DNA of 64,000 nucleotides from Candidatus Moraniibacteriota bacterium (GCA_052035095.1 JBPOHW010000007.1:65705-129704), one strand, 5' to 3'; numbered from the stretch's first letter, positions 51,116-61,306 are shown. The notes: generated by a model from the sequence alone, not told the origin. Numbers and translations are program-made.

Positions 51116-54100
51116 AACAAAAAAAATACATTTTTTTCCTCAAGGCGCTTTTCCTCTCGGTATTTACGATGATGCAAATCTTCTTGCCGGGCACGATTGC
51201 GTTCGCTATCACCGTGGATAAGGTGACCGATAATGTTTTTGATGATGCTGCCAATTTTTTTGAGCGGCGATACCACCTCAATAAGGGGAGTCTTCAGGAT
51301 CAGGGGGAAAATTTTAACGTTTCGTCGCAAAAGGGGCAAGCGCCGCAGGTACTTCTCTATTTCACTCCGTCGGATCCGAAGCCGGGCGAGGAGGTGGAGG
51401 CGCGCGCGTTTCCGGAATTTTTCGGGAACTCAACCGACACACTCTACTATACGTGGTACTTGAAGCGAAAGCGGTGTTCCTTGACTGATCGCCTTACTAA
51501 TAGCGATGCTGATAAAGAGAAAAAGCTTCTCTGTGATCGCAATGATGATGACAAGATAACCGTCGAAGACTGGAAAATCGAAGCGATGCAGGCGGTTGCC
51601 GCTCGAGATTTTGACTCCACCTGCGCTTTGAACGGGAGTCTCTCTGAAGAAGAGCGCGAAGAATGCGCCGAAAATATGTATAATCCGGACGCGAAGAGTC
51701 GAATCAATGTTTCGGGATCGAAAGGAACCGATCGAGATAAGGATGGGTATATCGCGTCGGTTGGTGGGGATGGTCGATCGGGGTTTGCCGGGGATTGCTC
51801 GCCGTCGGATGGTGGCGAAGAGGAGAGTGATGATGGGAGCGCCGACCCTTTTGATCCGACATCGGAGGATACCGGTGCAGGTCGGCTCTATGCGTCGTCG
51901 ACAATAGGTGGGACGACGCGAAGCGTGACGCTTTCGTCGAGCCAAACGTTTTATGAAATTGCCACCGGATTCAGCGATACTAACTCCGAATTGTGTTATG
52001 AGATCTACGGCGTAGGAATAGGTGAATCGCATGGCGAAGGATCATGTAGCGGAAATGACAACTGGAGGGCGGCGACCGAGTACATTTCCTCCAGTGATTC
52101 TTTGATATATGGCGGCGGAACATGGACGCGTACCATTGCTCCCGTGAGTGCCGTTTTTCCTGCGGGGCACACGTATCATTTGTTTTGGCGCGATTCAAGT
52201 TCTCTCTCGGCGGCGAAGCTGACGGTTTCGAGTGACGGGTCAAGTGGGAGTGGCAATACTTGTACGGGCGAGAGCGTGTGTTATATCCACGATTTTGGAG
52301 ATGGGTACAACTATGAACTTCCGTCGTGTCAGCATCTTTTCCCGGATAACTACAAGATGGATGGAACGGGCGATATTCGGCGCGCGGGCGATATCGGCGC
52401 CGATGACTGCAGTCCCGGGGTGTGCGCCGAGTTTCCGATCGATGAGGAACGCTTCTGGCGAACCGACCCGGAAGATCCGAGTACCGCGCAGAACGGCACC
52501 AAAGACGAAGCGAATCTCGCGGGCTTGGGAGCAGATACCTTCCGCTGGGTGTACGCGCCGGAGGACAAGGTAGGCGTCGCGGTCGAGGGGGTCTCTATGT
52601 ACAATACTAAGTATGATAATTCGAGCGCCATGGTGATGTGGGCGCTTCCGAAGAATAAGTGCGATGTGACAGGGAAGTCGACGCGGACAGAAACGATAAA
52701 AGGATATAGTGTTGCTATAAAAACCGCGACGACGAACATCAATGACTGCCTCGAGGATAATCTTGTAGATCCGACCGAAGGCGGACAGGCGGAAAATGTC
52801 GATCTTTCGCTTTCATATACGCCAAACGAGCCCTCCGCCAAGTTGATTCCCTGGGGAGAAAACGCGGCGAGTGAGAAGTCACTCGCGGAAACGGGGGATA
52901 TGCTGGTGGTAAACGCCGCCTCATCCAACGCGAATCGAGATGCTTCATTTGCAAATTATCTCTGGCGCGTTCAAGCGAGTGGGAGCGGAACCTTTGATAC
53001 TCGTTTCAGCGATGAAAATGTATGGGTGGATATCACGAAGGATCTCCAAATAGCGAAAAATATCAGCGCGACGAGCGGAAACGGGGTGAATTCCCTCTCC
53101 ATTAACCTCAATCTCAATGAGAAAGAATTTTATAGCGATAAGCTCAAGGGGACCGTGCCTGGATTCGCTCGATACTTTAACGACGATGTCGCCTATTTCC
53201 GTATTTCCGCGAGCGCGACGGAGAATTTCTCCGGACAGACGAGCCGGAGCGGATCGGGGTCCGTGGTAGTCAAGGTCGTCGCCAACAAATCGATCGATGT
53301 TTACCATATAAAAACGGAAACTGATGCTTCGACGGGACTCGTGCGTGTCGCGCTCGATACGGATACCCCTCTGTGTCCCCTCTCGGGAAGCGCGGGGCGT
53401 GTCGGTACCTCTCAGCAAGTAATATGTCCGGTACTGAAAAATCAAGTGGTCGGTGTCTTCCTCTCAACTTCTTCGGGGGAGATTCGCGATTATGCCTGGA
53501 CGCTCGACGGCAAGGCACTCGCCTGCTCGAAACACGTCTCGGAGGACTGCGACGACAGCCGACAGGGAGCGACCAACTTTTTCCCCGTGTCGGGAGAAGT
53601 AGGAGATCTCTATACGCTCTCGGTGGTGGCAAATAATGCCGAGACGGGCAGATCCTTTACGGTGACACGCCGATTTCAAGTCGTGAGTCCCGACGCGGAT
53701 CTCGTCTCGGAAGACGGGGAAACCGCCTGGCCGAAGATTTTGGGGAGCTATACCAATCTTGACGGGTCGACATCGGATGATGTGAGTAAGACCTCATTTG
53801 AAGGCATTCCCGGGTCGACTGCGAAATTTTCCGCGGTCTTCCGTCCGGAAATACTGGGAACCTTTATTCTTGACGGCATCAAAGCGGGCGACGACCAAAA
53901 TGAAATGATTTGGTCAATTAACGGCAAGCCCTTCAAGTGGAACGATACCGGACTCTCGCTCGCGCTCGACGGCACTGTGGGCGATATCTATACCGTCACC
54001 CTCTCCGGCGCCTACAATCAGCCCCGCGAGCTCAGGAAAGCCCTCTATGATATCTGGAAAATATCTCCCTTTAATTCCGAAACCGTGCGGTTTTCGAAAG

Positions 54101-54294
54101 AGATACAAATTCGACTGGTAACTGCCGGAGAGAGTCCTTACGCGAAGGGAGGGGCAAATACTTTCTTTGCCTCGCTCATTTCCGCCGTGCCGCCTCTCGT
54201 GTTGTTCTCGGTTCGCCTCATCCTCTCGATGGGTCTCATTCTCCTCGTGGTCGGCGTCGCTTTTTCGGCAATGCCGGAGAGGAGACGGGAGTAG
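51112..54294 (+). CDS. Large surface protein (signal peptide, Ig/PKD-like repeats, Cys-rich inserts, C-terminal TM anchor)
   Basis: Repeated F/Y.P..P, Y.W motifs; TDPEDPST; C-terminal TM followed by RRRE. Confidence 0.75.
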   Translation: MKQKKYIFFLKALFLSVFTMMQIFLPGTIAFAITVDKVTDNVFDDAANFFERRYHLNKGSLQDQGENFNVSSQKGQAPQVLLYFTPSDPKPGEEVEARAFPEFFGNSTDTLYYTWYLKRKRCSLTDRLTNSDADKEKKLLCDRNDDDKITVEDWKIEAMQAVAARDFDSTCALNGSLSEEEREECAENMYNPDAKSRINVSGSKGTDRDKDGYIASVGGDGRSGFAGDCSPSDGGEEESDDGSADPFDPTSEDTGAGRLYASSTIGGTTRSVTLSSSQTFYEIATGFSDTNSELCYEIYGVGIGESHGEGSCSGNDNWRAATEYISSSDSLIYGGGTWTRTIAPVSAVFPAGHTYHLFWRDSSSLSAAKLTVSSDGSSGSGNTCTGESVCYIHDFGDGYNYELPSCQHLFPDNYKMDGTGDIRRAGDIGADDCSPGVCAEFPIDEERFWRTDPEDPSTAQNGTKDEANLAGLGADTFRWVYAPEDKVGVAVEGVSMYNTKYDNSSAMVMWALPKNKCDVTGKSTRTETIKGYSVAIKTATTNINDCLEDNLVDPTEGGQAENVDLSLSYTPNEPSAKLIPWGENAASEKSLAETGDMLVVNAASSNANRDASFANYLWRVQASGSGTFDTRFSDENVWVDITKDLQIAKNISATSGNGVNSLSINLNLNEKEFYSDKLKGTVPGFARYFNDDVAYFRISASATENFSGQTSRSGSGSVVVKVVANKSIDVYHIKTETDASTGLVRVALDTDTPLCPLSGSAGRVGTSQQVICPVLKNQVVGVFLSTSSGEIRDYAWTLDGKALACSKHVSEDCDDSRQGATNFFPVSGEVGDLYTLSVVANNAETGRSFTVTRRFQVVSPDADLVSEDGETAWPKILGSYTNLDGSTSDDVSKTSFEGIPGSTAKFSAVFRPEILGTFILDGIKAGDDQNEMIWSINGKPFKWNDTGLSLALDGTVGDIYTVTLSGAYNQPRELRKALYDIWKISPFNSETVRFSKEIQIRLVTAGESPYAKGGANTFFASLISAVPPLVLFSVRLILSMGLILLVVGVAFSAMPERRRE

Positions 54295-54322
54295 CGAGTA
54301 TTTTAGTATCTAGCAATGTCGT

Positions 54323-55606
54323 ATGAAATTTCTGAAACAGAGCGGGAAAATGTTCGTTTTTTTGTCTGTAATTGCGGTTGTCTTTGGTTTCTTTGGAAAT
54401 TTGTCTTTTGCTGCGGAACCAAACAGTGATATCACCTGCAATGCAAAGCCTCTTGACGGTGTCTGCAAGGAAGCGGGAAAGGAGTGTACGCCAGGTGCTG
54501 GATATCAAAAGTATGGGCATTGCGATAAGGTGGATGCGCCCTGCTGTGTGCCTGATGCGAATGTTCCGAAATCTGGATCAACACCCATTACGACCAAGAC
54601 TGAGTGTGAAGCCACGAAAGGATCTGATGGAAAGAATGCTTACTGTATAACGACGGTCGGTCAGAATTGCTCAACTTTTTCTTTGGATCAAATCGGAACA
54701 TGCGCCGACCTTGGTTCAGGCACGGCGTGTTGTGCTGCAAAGGGCACCCCTGTTCCTGGCGGTAGTACCTCGTCAACTCCTTCTTCTAGTGCTAGCTCGC
54801 TTCAGTATGCCCCACTTGAGAATTTGCCGGGGTTTGAGGGGGAGAGTGGGGACTTTGCGACGTATTTCAAAAATGTATATCTCTTGGCGCTCTGGATTGT
54901 GGGGATATCGGCGCTCTTTATGCTCGTCGTGGGCGGGTTCCTCTACCTCTCGAGCGCGGGGAATACGTCGACTCTGGGCTATGCCAAAAAGACGATCTAT
55001 GGAGCGCTCATCGGGCTCGTCATCGCGCTCATTTCATGGCTCCTCCTCAATACTATCAATGCCGATCTCACCAATTTGAAATTGAGTGGATTGTCGGGAG
55101 TAGCGGGACTAGGCGGTGGGTCGTCAACGACGACTACACCACCATCGGGAAATGCTGATCCGGAGGGATGCAAGAATTTGAAAAATCTCCGTTCTGACAT
55201 TGCAAATCAGTGTAATCTTGCTTCAAAAGAGTTGGTTGCCATGATGTCCTGCATGGAAGGAAAGGGTATAAAAAATACATGGACGTCAATTTCCGCCAGT
55301 AATATTGGGGGGGATCAAAATGCGGCGGCGGCGTGTTGCGGAGATTCGCGACCAGCTTCGTGTAAACATTCAAAAGTTACTTGCCATTATGGATGTACCT
55401 TTGGAACGAAGGGGCTTTCTTACGGAGTTGATATTGGAGGGTTAACGAGTGCATCGAGTGATGCTACCTTGTGCGCCGTAGCGAGTGCGGCTAAATCTTG
55501 CGGAGGGGGAAATATATGGGGGCCTCGGACACTAAGTTGCGGTGTGACATATCAGGATGGCCATAATGATCATCTTCATGTTAGTGTTTCTGGGTGCCCA
55601 CATTGA
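54323..55606 (+). CDS. VirB2/TrbC-like CPR pilin fused to Cys-rich modules and an M15/LAS-like peptidase domain
   Basis: Pilin core Y..LENLPG...GISALFMLVVGGF.Y.SSAGN...AK..I.GALIGL...SWLLLNTIN; C-terminal HS..TCHY..GVD..HNDHLHVS. Confidence 0.72.
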   Translation: MKFLKQSGKMFVFLSVIAVVFGFFGNLSFAAEPNSDITCNAKPLDGVCKEAGKECTPGAGYQKYGHCDKVDAPCCVPDANVPKSGSTPITTKTECEATKGSDGKNAYCITTVGQNCSTFSLDQIGTCADLGSGTACCAAKGTPVPGGSTSSTPSSSASSLQYAPLENLPGFEGESGDFATYFKNVYLLALWIVGISALFMLVVGGFLYLSSAGNTSTLGYAKKTIYGALIGLVIALISWLLLNTINADLTNLKLSGLSGVAGLGGGSSTTTTPPSGNADPEGCKNLKNLRSDIANQCNLASKELVAMMSCMEGKGIKNTWTSISASNIGGDQNAAAACCGDSRPASCKHSKVTCHYGCTFGTKGLSYGVDIGGLTSASSDATLCAVASAAKSCGGGNIWGPRTLSCGVTYQDGHNDHLHVSVSGCPH

Positions 55607-55612
55607 TTTTTT

Positions 55613-56764
55613 ATGAAGAAGTTCTTCATCGCTACTTCCGTTCTTTTTGGAATTTTTCTCCTCTTTTTCCTCATATACAATTTTTTGTTCAAGCACAATC
55701 CGTTCGAGGGGAGGGTGCCCAATACGGCGGTGATACCAAATGAAACCGGATCGAGCAAAGAAGAGATAGAGGAAACGAAAGCAATCGCGAACGTGACGGA
55801 TGAGGAGGTGGTGGCGCCGATATTTGATGTCGAAGATCAGGCGATCCTCTATCTCGTGCCGGAAGAACAGGCGCTCAAAGAAACCTTCCTCGTGACCAAT
55901 GCGCCGCGCACGGTCGCGCGGTTCTCTTTTGTGCCGAGAAATATCATCTGGTCGCCGGATAGGAAGCGGGCGCTCGTCAAAAAGAGCGATACCGAATGGG
56001 CGCTCTTCACGCGCGAAAAAAAGGGAGAGGCGAATGAGGGTTCGCCCGTACAAATGCTGAAGCCCGGCATCGAAAGCCCCGCGTGGACGACGCTTGGGGA
56101 CAAGATTGTTTACAAATACTACGATCCGGCATTGGAAACGCGCACGCTCACCCTCGCGAATCCCGATGGGACGGATTGGGAGATGATCGGCGAGACGACA
56201 TTTCAGTTTTTGGAAATACAAGCGGTGCCGAAGAGTTCGCTCATTGCGTTTTGGAATTGGGGGAATGCTTTTGAGGAGACATCGCTCTCGGTTGTGGGGG
56301 CGATGGGGGGCGAAGTGAAAGAAATTTTTTCCAAACACTATGGCGTCGACTACGCGATCGCGCCAAATGGCAACACGATACTTTTGAGCAATACGATCGA
56401 AAAGGGTGGGACGGCGGTGACGCTTGCGACCATCAATGTAAAGGGTGGCAACTACCGTAATCTCGCCATCCCGACTCTCGCCGGAAAGACCGTCTGGGCC
56501 AAAAACAGTCGCGTGATTTACTACGCGCTCCCGGGCGCCATCCCCGCGGGGAGTATTCTGCCCAATGATTACTACCGGAAACCGATCCTGACTGCCGATA
56601 CGTTCTGGAAGATGGATATGGAGACGAATGAAAAATCTCGCCTTGTTGATCCGGCCGATATCGACCGGAGCTATGACGCCGAAAACCTCGTCCTCGATAC
56701 GGACGAGACCACGCTCTTCTTCCGCAATCGCCACGATGGGAAGATATACAAAATCAACCTCTGA
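55613..56764 (+). CDS. Membrane-anchored TolB-like beta-propeller protein
   Basis: N-terminal TM; WSPD, PAWT, APNG and VWAKN blade repeats. Confidence 0.75.
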   Translation: MKKFFIATSVLFGIFLLFFLIYNFLFKHNPFEGRVPNTAVIPNETGSSKEEIEETKAIANVTDEEVVAPIFDVEDQAILYLVPEEQALKETFLVTNAPRTVARFSFVPRNIIWSPDRKRALVKKSDTEWALFTREKKGEANEGSPVQMLKPGIESPAWTTLGDKIVYKYYDPALETRTLTLANPDGTDWEMIGETTFQFLEIQAVPKSSLIAFWNWGNAFEETSLSVVGAMGGEVKEIFSKHYGVDYAIAPNGNTILLSNTIEKGGTAVTLATINVKGGNYRNLAIPTLAGKTVWAKNSRVIYYALPGAIPAGSILPNDYYRKPILTADTFWKMDMETNEKSRLVDPADIDRSYDAENLVLDTDETTLFFRNRHDGKIYKINL

Positions 56765-58242
56765 GTTTTTCCACCCCTCCTTTGCAAGGAGGGGAGCGGG
56801 GTGGTTCCGGTTTGCGGCTCCGGCTTCAAACCCCTTTGTCTCGAGCCCGAGCCACCCCGCCTTTGCCAAGGGGATGGCGAAACCCCCATAAAAAACACGA
56901 TCCAGAAACTATACGCGAGCCCGAGTCGCCAGTAGGTGGTGTCAACGAGTCCGTGAATGAGTACTGTGAGCATTATTGCCGTGAGTGCCGAGAGAATCAA
57001 GTGATTCTCTTCTTTTTTTATTTCAAAAAAAACAGTCCGGAACCACCAAACAACCAAAAAGCCGAATGCCAAAAGCCCCATAAGACCGCCTCCGAGCCAA
57101 AACGCGAGGAAAATAGTGTGCGGCTCCGGCACCGACCACTCGAGGTAGGGCGGGAAGTATTGTTGATACGCGAGATAGCAGGATTGGAAATTTCCGGGTC
57201 CCACGCCAAAGAGAGGCGAATTGGCGATCATTGCTTTCGCTGATCGCCAAATCATCAGGCGTGAGGCGAAAGAAGAACGCGAATCGGGATCAAAAAAATG
57301 TTCAAAACGCGGAGTGTTCCACTGGGAGAGAATGATTATTCCTGAAAATACAAGAAACACGGCGGTGTATCGTAGGGGCGAATAATTATTCGCCCGTACC
57401 CCTTCTCGTACCCATCTAGTTCGCGTCATGTATTCAAACAAGAAAATCCCAATCGCAACTGCGATCCACGCGGAAATGGAATGGGTGAGGAAGAGAAGGA
57501 AGGAAAGCAAAATGAAAAATGAAAAATGAAAAATGAAAAATTGGGAACGGGAAATGCGGGAACGGAAAAAGTACCATAAGAGAATGATGGCGGGGGTGAG
57601 GTGCATGGCGAGGGCGTTGGGGGAATTGAATATTCCGGAGAGACGATGGTCATAGGTCATACCGCTTCCAAAAATCCACCCAAGAAGCGAGAGAATGGAA
57701 ATCGGGAGGAACGATACCGTGAAAATGAAAAGGAGTTTTTCGCGCGAAAAATACCGACCGGAGGCGCGAAAAAGAATCCACCCGAAGAGTATTGGAAATG
57801 CAAACCACGATTTCAGAATACCGAGCGCTCGCAGGAGTCCTTCCTGCGACATTGGACAGAGAGCATGACGTGAAAACGCGGCAACGAGTGTGGAGGAAAG
57901 AACGCCGAGAAGAAGGACAACCATCCCAATGTGTACGGGCGAATAATTATTCGCCCGTACGAAGCGCATTGATGTCAACATCATTTTTCCCCATTGTTTT
58001 CCCTTTATTCCTCCCGTTTCTTCCTTCCTTTGCGCTCCCTTTCTCCACCCTTCTATGTTTTCAATTCTTTGCGAAATCTCCCCCTTTTGTTTTCGTGTCC
58101 AAAACAGCACCGCCGCTGACGCTATCACTCCCATCTCGACCATATATATCGGCACGCCGAATAGCACCACTTTTGCGTTTTCAAAGTGGAGGAGGAAGAA
58201 TGTCGCGGCGAGGCTACCGAGCAAGTATGGTCTTATGCTCAT
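56671..58242 (-). CDS. O-antigen ligase/Wzy-like membrane protein carrying in-frame repeat insertions
   Basis: RLSGIFNSPNALA, S.SRL.IW, PLFGVGPGNF, PH..FL, HGLVDT. Confidence 0.85.
   Translation of the reverse strand: MSIRPYLLGSLAATFFLLHFENAKVVLFGVPIYMVEMGVIASAAVLFWTRKQKGEISQRIENIEGWRKGAQRKEETGGIKGKQWGKMMLTSMRFVRANNYSPVHIGMVVLLLGVLSSTLVAAFSRHALCPMSQEGLLRALGILKSWFAFPILFGWILFRASGRYFSREKLLFIFTVSFLPISILSLLGWIFGSGMTYDHRLSGIFNSPNALAMHLTPAIILLWYFFRSRISRSQFFIFHFSFFILLSFLLFLTHSISAWIAVAIGIFLFEYMTRTRWVREGVRANNYSPLRYTAVFLVFSGIIILSQWNTPRFEHFFDPDSRSSFASRLMIWRSAKAMIANSPLFGVGPGNFQSCYLAYQQYFPPYLEWSVPEPHTIFLAFWLGGGLMGLLAFGFLVVWWFRTVFFEIKKEENHLILSALTAIMLTVLIHGLVDTTYWRLGLAYSFWIVFFMGVSPSPWQRRGGSGSRQRGLKPEPQTGTTPLPSLQRRGGKTQRLILYIFPSWRLRKKSVVSSVSRTRFSAS
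56771..56878. repeat. Paired palindromic REP-like element between convergent genes
   Basis: cccctcctttgcaaggagggg and ccccgcctttgccaagggg. Confidence 0.65.
57372..57399. repeat. GTAG/GTAC-type REP inside a CDS
   Basis: gtaggggcgaataattattcgcccgtac. Confidence 0.88.
57933..57960. repeat. GTAC-type REP inside a CDS
   Basis: Perfect palindrome gtacgggcgaataattattcgcccgtac. Confidence 0.88.
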
Positions 58243-59479
58243 ACGAAGAAAATGCGAAGAGAACGAGGAGGAGTGGGAGGATGTGCACCGAATAGATCGG
58301 CGTTTCAAAAAGGGAATGAGCGAGGAATATGAGGAGGGAAAAACCGACGGCGAGTTTGAGCGGTTCGAGAGATGCGAGGGCTCGGGTGATTGAGATAGTG
58401 AGAAGGAGGAAGAAAACGATGCCGTTTACGATACCGGTTTCGGCCGAGATATCAAGGAAAATATTGTGCGCGTAGCGCGGTTCGCGATACTCCGCGGAGG
58501 GCTTCACGGTATTGGAATAGTTGCCGAGTCCGACGCCGGTTACGGGGTGTTTGGCGATAATGTCGAGGGCTTCGTTCCAGATGGCGAGGCGGCCGCTCGT
58601 TGAATGGTCGGCGGGGTCGAGAGAAGAAAGGAGTCGCGAGGCGATAGGGTTCGGGATGAAGAAGAAGGCAAGGAGAAGAAGAAAACAGAAGAAGAGTGCC
58701 GGAATATATTTTTTGAAAATCAGTGAAGGGAAAATCGCGAGCGAAACCGCGAGCGCCAGAAGAAGCGCGAGGTAGCCGCCGCGTGAAAAGGTGAGTATAT
58801 CGGCGATGAAAATGAATATGGACGCTATTATGAAATAGAGTTTCGCGCGATGGGTGGAACTTTGAGTGAACGCGAGCGCCAAGGGGAGCGTCATCCCCCA
58901 GAAAAAAGAGGCGATATGCGGATCTGGGAAAAAAGCGCTCGCGCGCAGGAGATTCCCGCCGCCGACATTCGCCACCATGCTCGAATATTCCGAGACGACG
59001 CCGGAAAAGGTTGTTCCGGAGAAAATCGGGAGGATATTCTTTTGCCAGAAAAGAAGCGTCGGATCGAGTCCGATCGCGAAGGGGAGGAGAAACTGTACGA
59101 TGCCGATTCCCGCCGAAAGCGCGGAACCCGCGACAAGCCACTCCGCGAATTGTTTTCCATATCCCTTCTCTTGAAACACGGAAAACGCGACGAAGAAGAG
59201 AGGAGTGAACGAAAAGAGAAAGAGAAGTTTTCGAATTCCCCATGAGACATTCTCTGCAAAAAAAAGAGAGAACGCCGAGAAAAAAAGAAAAGAGATAAGG
59301 AGGAGTGTTTCGGCGCGCGCCGGGAGTATGAGCCTCTGTCGGAAGAGCGAGATTGTGATCCAGAAAGACCCAAGTCCGAGCGCGAAGAAGCGAGAAATAT
59401 GCAGATCGATCCCGGGCGCGGGACTCAACGCAAACTGAAACGGCAGGGTCGCGAAGAAGAGAAGAAAAAGGAAGCGCAT
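58214..59479 (-). CDS. O-antigen ligase family protein
   Basis: RASAFFPDPH, TFSRGGYL, GRLAIW, GVGLGNY, AHNIFL...ETG, HSLFE. Confidence 0.88.
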   Translation of the reverse strand: MRFLFLLFFATLPFQFALSPAPGIDLHISRFFALGLGSFWITISLFRQRLILPARAETLLLISFLFFSAFSLFFAENVSWGIRKLLFLFSFTPLFFVAFSVFQEKGYGKQFAEWLVAGSALSAGIGIVQFLLPFAIGLDPTLLFWQKNILPIFSGTTFSGVVSEYSSMVANVGGGNLLRASAFFPDPHIASFFWGMTLPLALAFTQSSTHRAKLYFIIASIFIFIADILTFSRGGYLALLLALAVSLAIFPSLIFKKYIPALFFCFLLLLAFFFIPNPIASRLLSSLDPADHSTSGRLAIWNEALDIIAKHPVTGVGLGNYSNTVKPSAEYREPRYAHNIFLDISAETGIVNGIVFFLLLTISITRALASLEPLKLAVGFSLLIFLAHSLFETPIYSVHILPLLLVLFAFSSYEHKTILAR

Positions 59480-59552
59480 GAAAGAATGGTGAATGGTGAA
59501 TGGTGAATGAAGAATATAGGAAAGAAAACAGGAACGATTTATTCCCCATTCT

Positions 59553-60368
59553 TTACTCCCCATTCCCCATTCTTGCTACTCCCCGTAGGAATTTGAGAAG
59601 CTTTCCCTCGTACCATGGTCGATGGAGGGAAAAATAGCTATCTTGAGACGTGCGATAGGCATTTTTTTGTTCTTTCCGTGATGCGTCTGTACTTCCACCA
59701 CCCATATGGAGAACGCAAATATCCGGAAGAAGGAGAATTTTTTTGCGGAATTTTTTCACTCGAGCGCACAGGTCCGCGTCCTCATAGTAGAGGAAGAATC
59801 GCTCGTCGAATCCGTGTACGCGAAAGAAAAGCGCGCGAGGGATGGCGAGGGCGGCGCCACTTACCCACGCGACCCTTCGAGGCGCTTCCGATTTCCAGAG
59901 TGTGGCGCTTCTTGGAAACCCGCTATGGTTTCGAATGAGGTCGAGGAGGGTGATATCGGTGCCGACGCCCCACGGCTGGGGCATTTCCGGCTCAATGAAG
60001 AGCTTGAAACCGGCGATGCCGAGCGTGGAATCTCGCTCGAATTTCTTTAAGACGGCGCTCATATCTCCCGAGAGGAAGCGCGCGTCTGGATTGAGGAGGA
60101 TAAGTATGGTTCCCTGAGCGCGCTCGGCCGCTCGATTGACGGCATATCCGAAACCGCGATTTTCAGTGAGAGTAATGAGGGTAAAAGGAAATCGCTCTTG
60201 TAATGTCCGAAGCGTCACGGTTTCTTCGGGGTCGTTGTTGACCACGAGGCACTCGTATGGCGCGGGGAAGGTGATATTTTGAAAAGATGAAAAACACGCG
60301 GGCAAGTGAATTGCGCTTCGGTAGTTGACGATGATGAAGGAGAAACGCGGTGCGTTGTTAGTATCCAT
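59553..60368 (-). CDS. Glycosyltransferase family 2
   Basis: IIVNY, NRGFG.AVN, LLNPD, WVSGA, GFDERFFLYYEDADL. Confidence 0.9.
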   Translation of the reverse strand: MDTNNAPRFSFIIVNYRSAIHLPACFSSFQNITFPAPYECLVVNNDPEETVTLRTLQERFPFTLITLTENRGFGYAVNRAAERAQGTILILLNPDARFLSGDMSAVLKKFERDSTLGIAGFKLFIEPEMPQPWGVGTDITLLDLIRNHSGFPRSATLWKSEAPRRVAWVSGAALAIPRALFFRVHGFDERFFLYYEDADLCARVKKFRKKILLLPDICVLHMGGGSTDASRKEQKNAYRTSQDSYFSLHRPWYEGKLLKFLRGVARMGNGE

Positions 60369-61221
60369 ATTTCCAGAAATCTCGAAAGGCGTCTCGGACG
60401 GATCGGGCGGTGGCGTCTTCGGGGGAGGAAACGACGCGGAACATATTCCAGAGCTTTCGGAACGCGAAGGAGATCCAGAAATAGGGCTGTCCCCAGAAGG
60501 GGAAATTTTTCCGAAAGAAAAAGAGTCCCGATCGGACGAGCCAATACGTTTTTTCAGGATTTCTTTTGCTTTCTTCGGAGTGCGTGATGGTGGCTTTCGG
60601 ATGAACGACAATGGGAAATCCGGCGCGTTTCGTTCGGATCGAGAGGTCGGCATCTTCGTAGTAAAGGAAAAAACGCTCGTCGAAGAGTCCGACCATACGG
60701 AAAACCGGAACCTTGACGAGCGGAGCGCATCCAGATAGGAAGCCGGTTTCAAATGGAATGGCGCGACTTCTTGGTTTGGTATGAAGGGCTCGGAGGCGAA
60801 ACCAGGCTATTTTCCCGCCGCCGAACCATATCCTGCGTCGCGAAGGTGTAAAAATGATCGGGGAAGCGATGCCGACGGACGCGTGATGCTCGAGGAGTTC
60901 GACCAAACGATGGAGGGACTCCTTCGAGACGATCGTATCGGGATTGACCAACCAAACATACTCGGCTCGTTGGTCGAGAGCGAAGCGAATACCGACATTC
61001 ATACCGCGCGCGAAGCCGACATTTTCGGAATTTCGGATGAAATGCGCTTGCGAATAGCGTTCTTTGGCGGATTCAAATGAACCGTCCGTTGAGGCGTTGT
61101 CGATCACGACGACGCGGAACATCGGGTATTCGAGGCGAAAAATCGAGCGAAGACATGAAAGAAGTGTTTCGCGACTGTTGTAATTCAAGACGAGGATGAA
61201 CACGAGAGGGGAACGATACAT
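60358..61221 (-). CDS. Glycosyltransferase family 2
   Basis: LNYN, IDNASTDGS, NVGFARGMN, VNPD, FDERFFLYYEDADL. Confidence 0.92.
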   Translation of the reverse strand: MYRSPLVFILVLNYNSRETLLSCLRSIFRLEYPMFRVVVIDNASTDGSFESAKERYSQAHFIRNSENVGFARGMNVGIRFALDQRAEYVWLVNPDTIVSKESLHRLVELLEHHASVGIASPIIFTPSRRRIWFGGGKIAWFRLRALHTKPRSRAIPFETGFLSGCAPLVKVPVFRMVGLFDERFFLYYEDADLSIRTKRAGFPIVVHPKATITHSEESKRNPEKTYWLVRSGLFFFRKNFPFWGQPYFWISFAFRKLWNMFRVVSSPEDATARSVRDAFRDFWKYGY

Positions 61222-61306
61222 AAGAGATGTCTAAAAACGTTCAATTTTTCGGTTTTATGAAACTTGTTGGATACGCTCTAAGGTAAGGAGTGGAAAATTT
61301 TGATAT

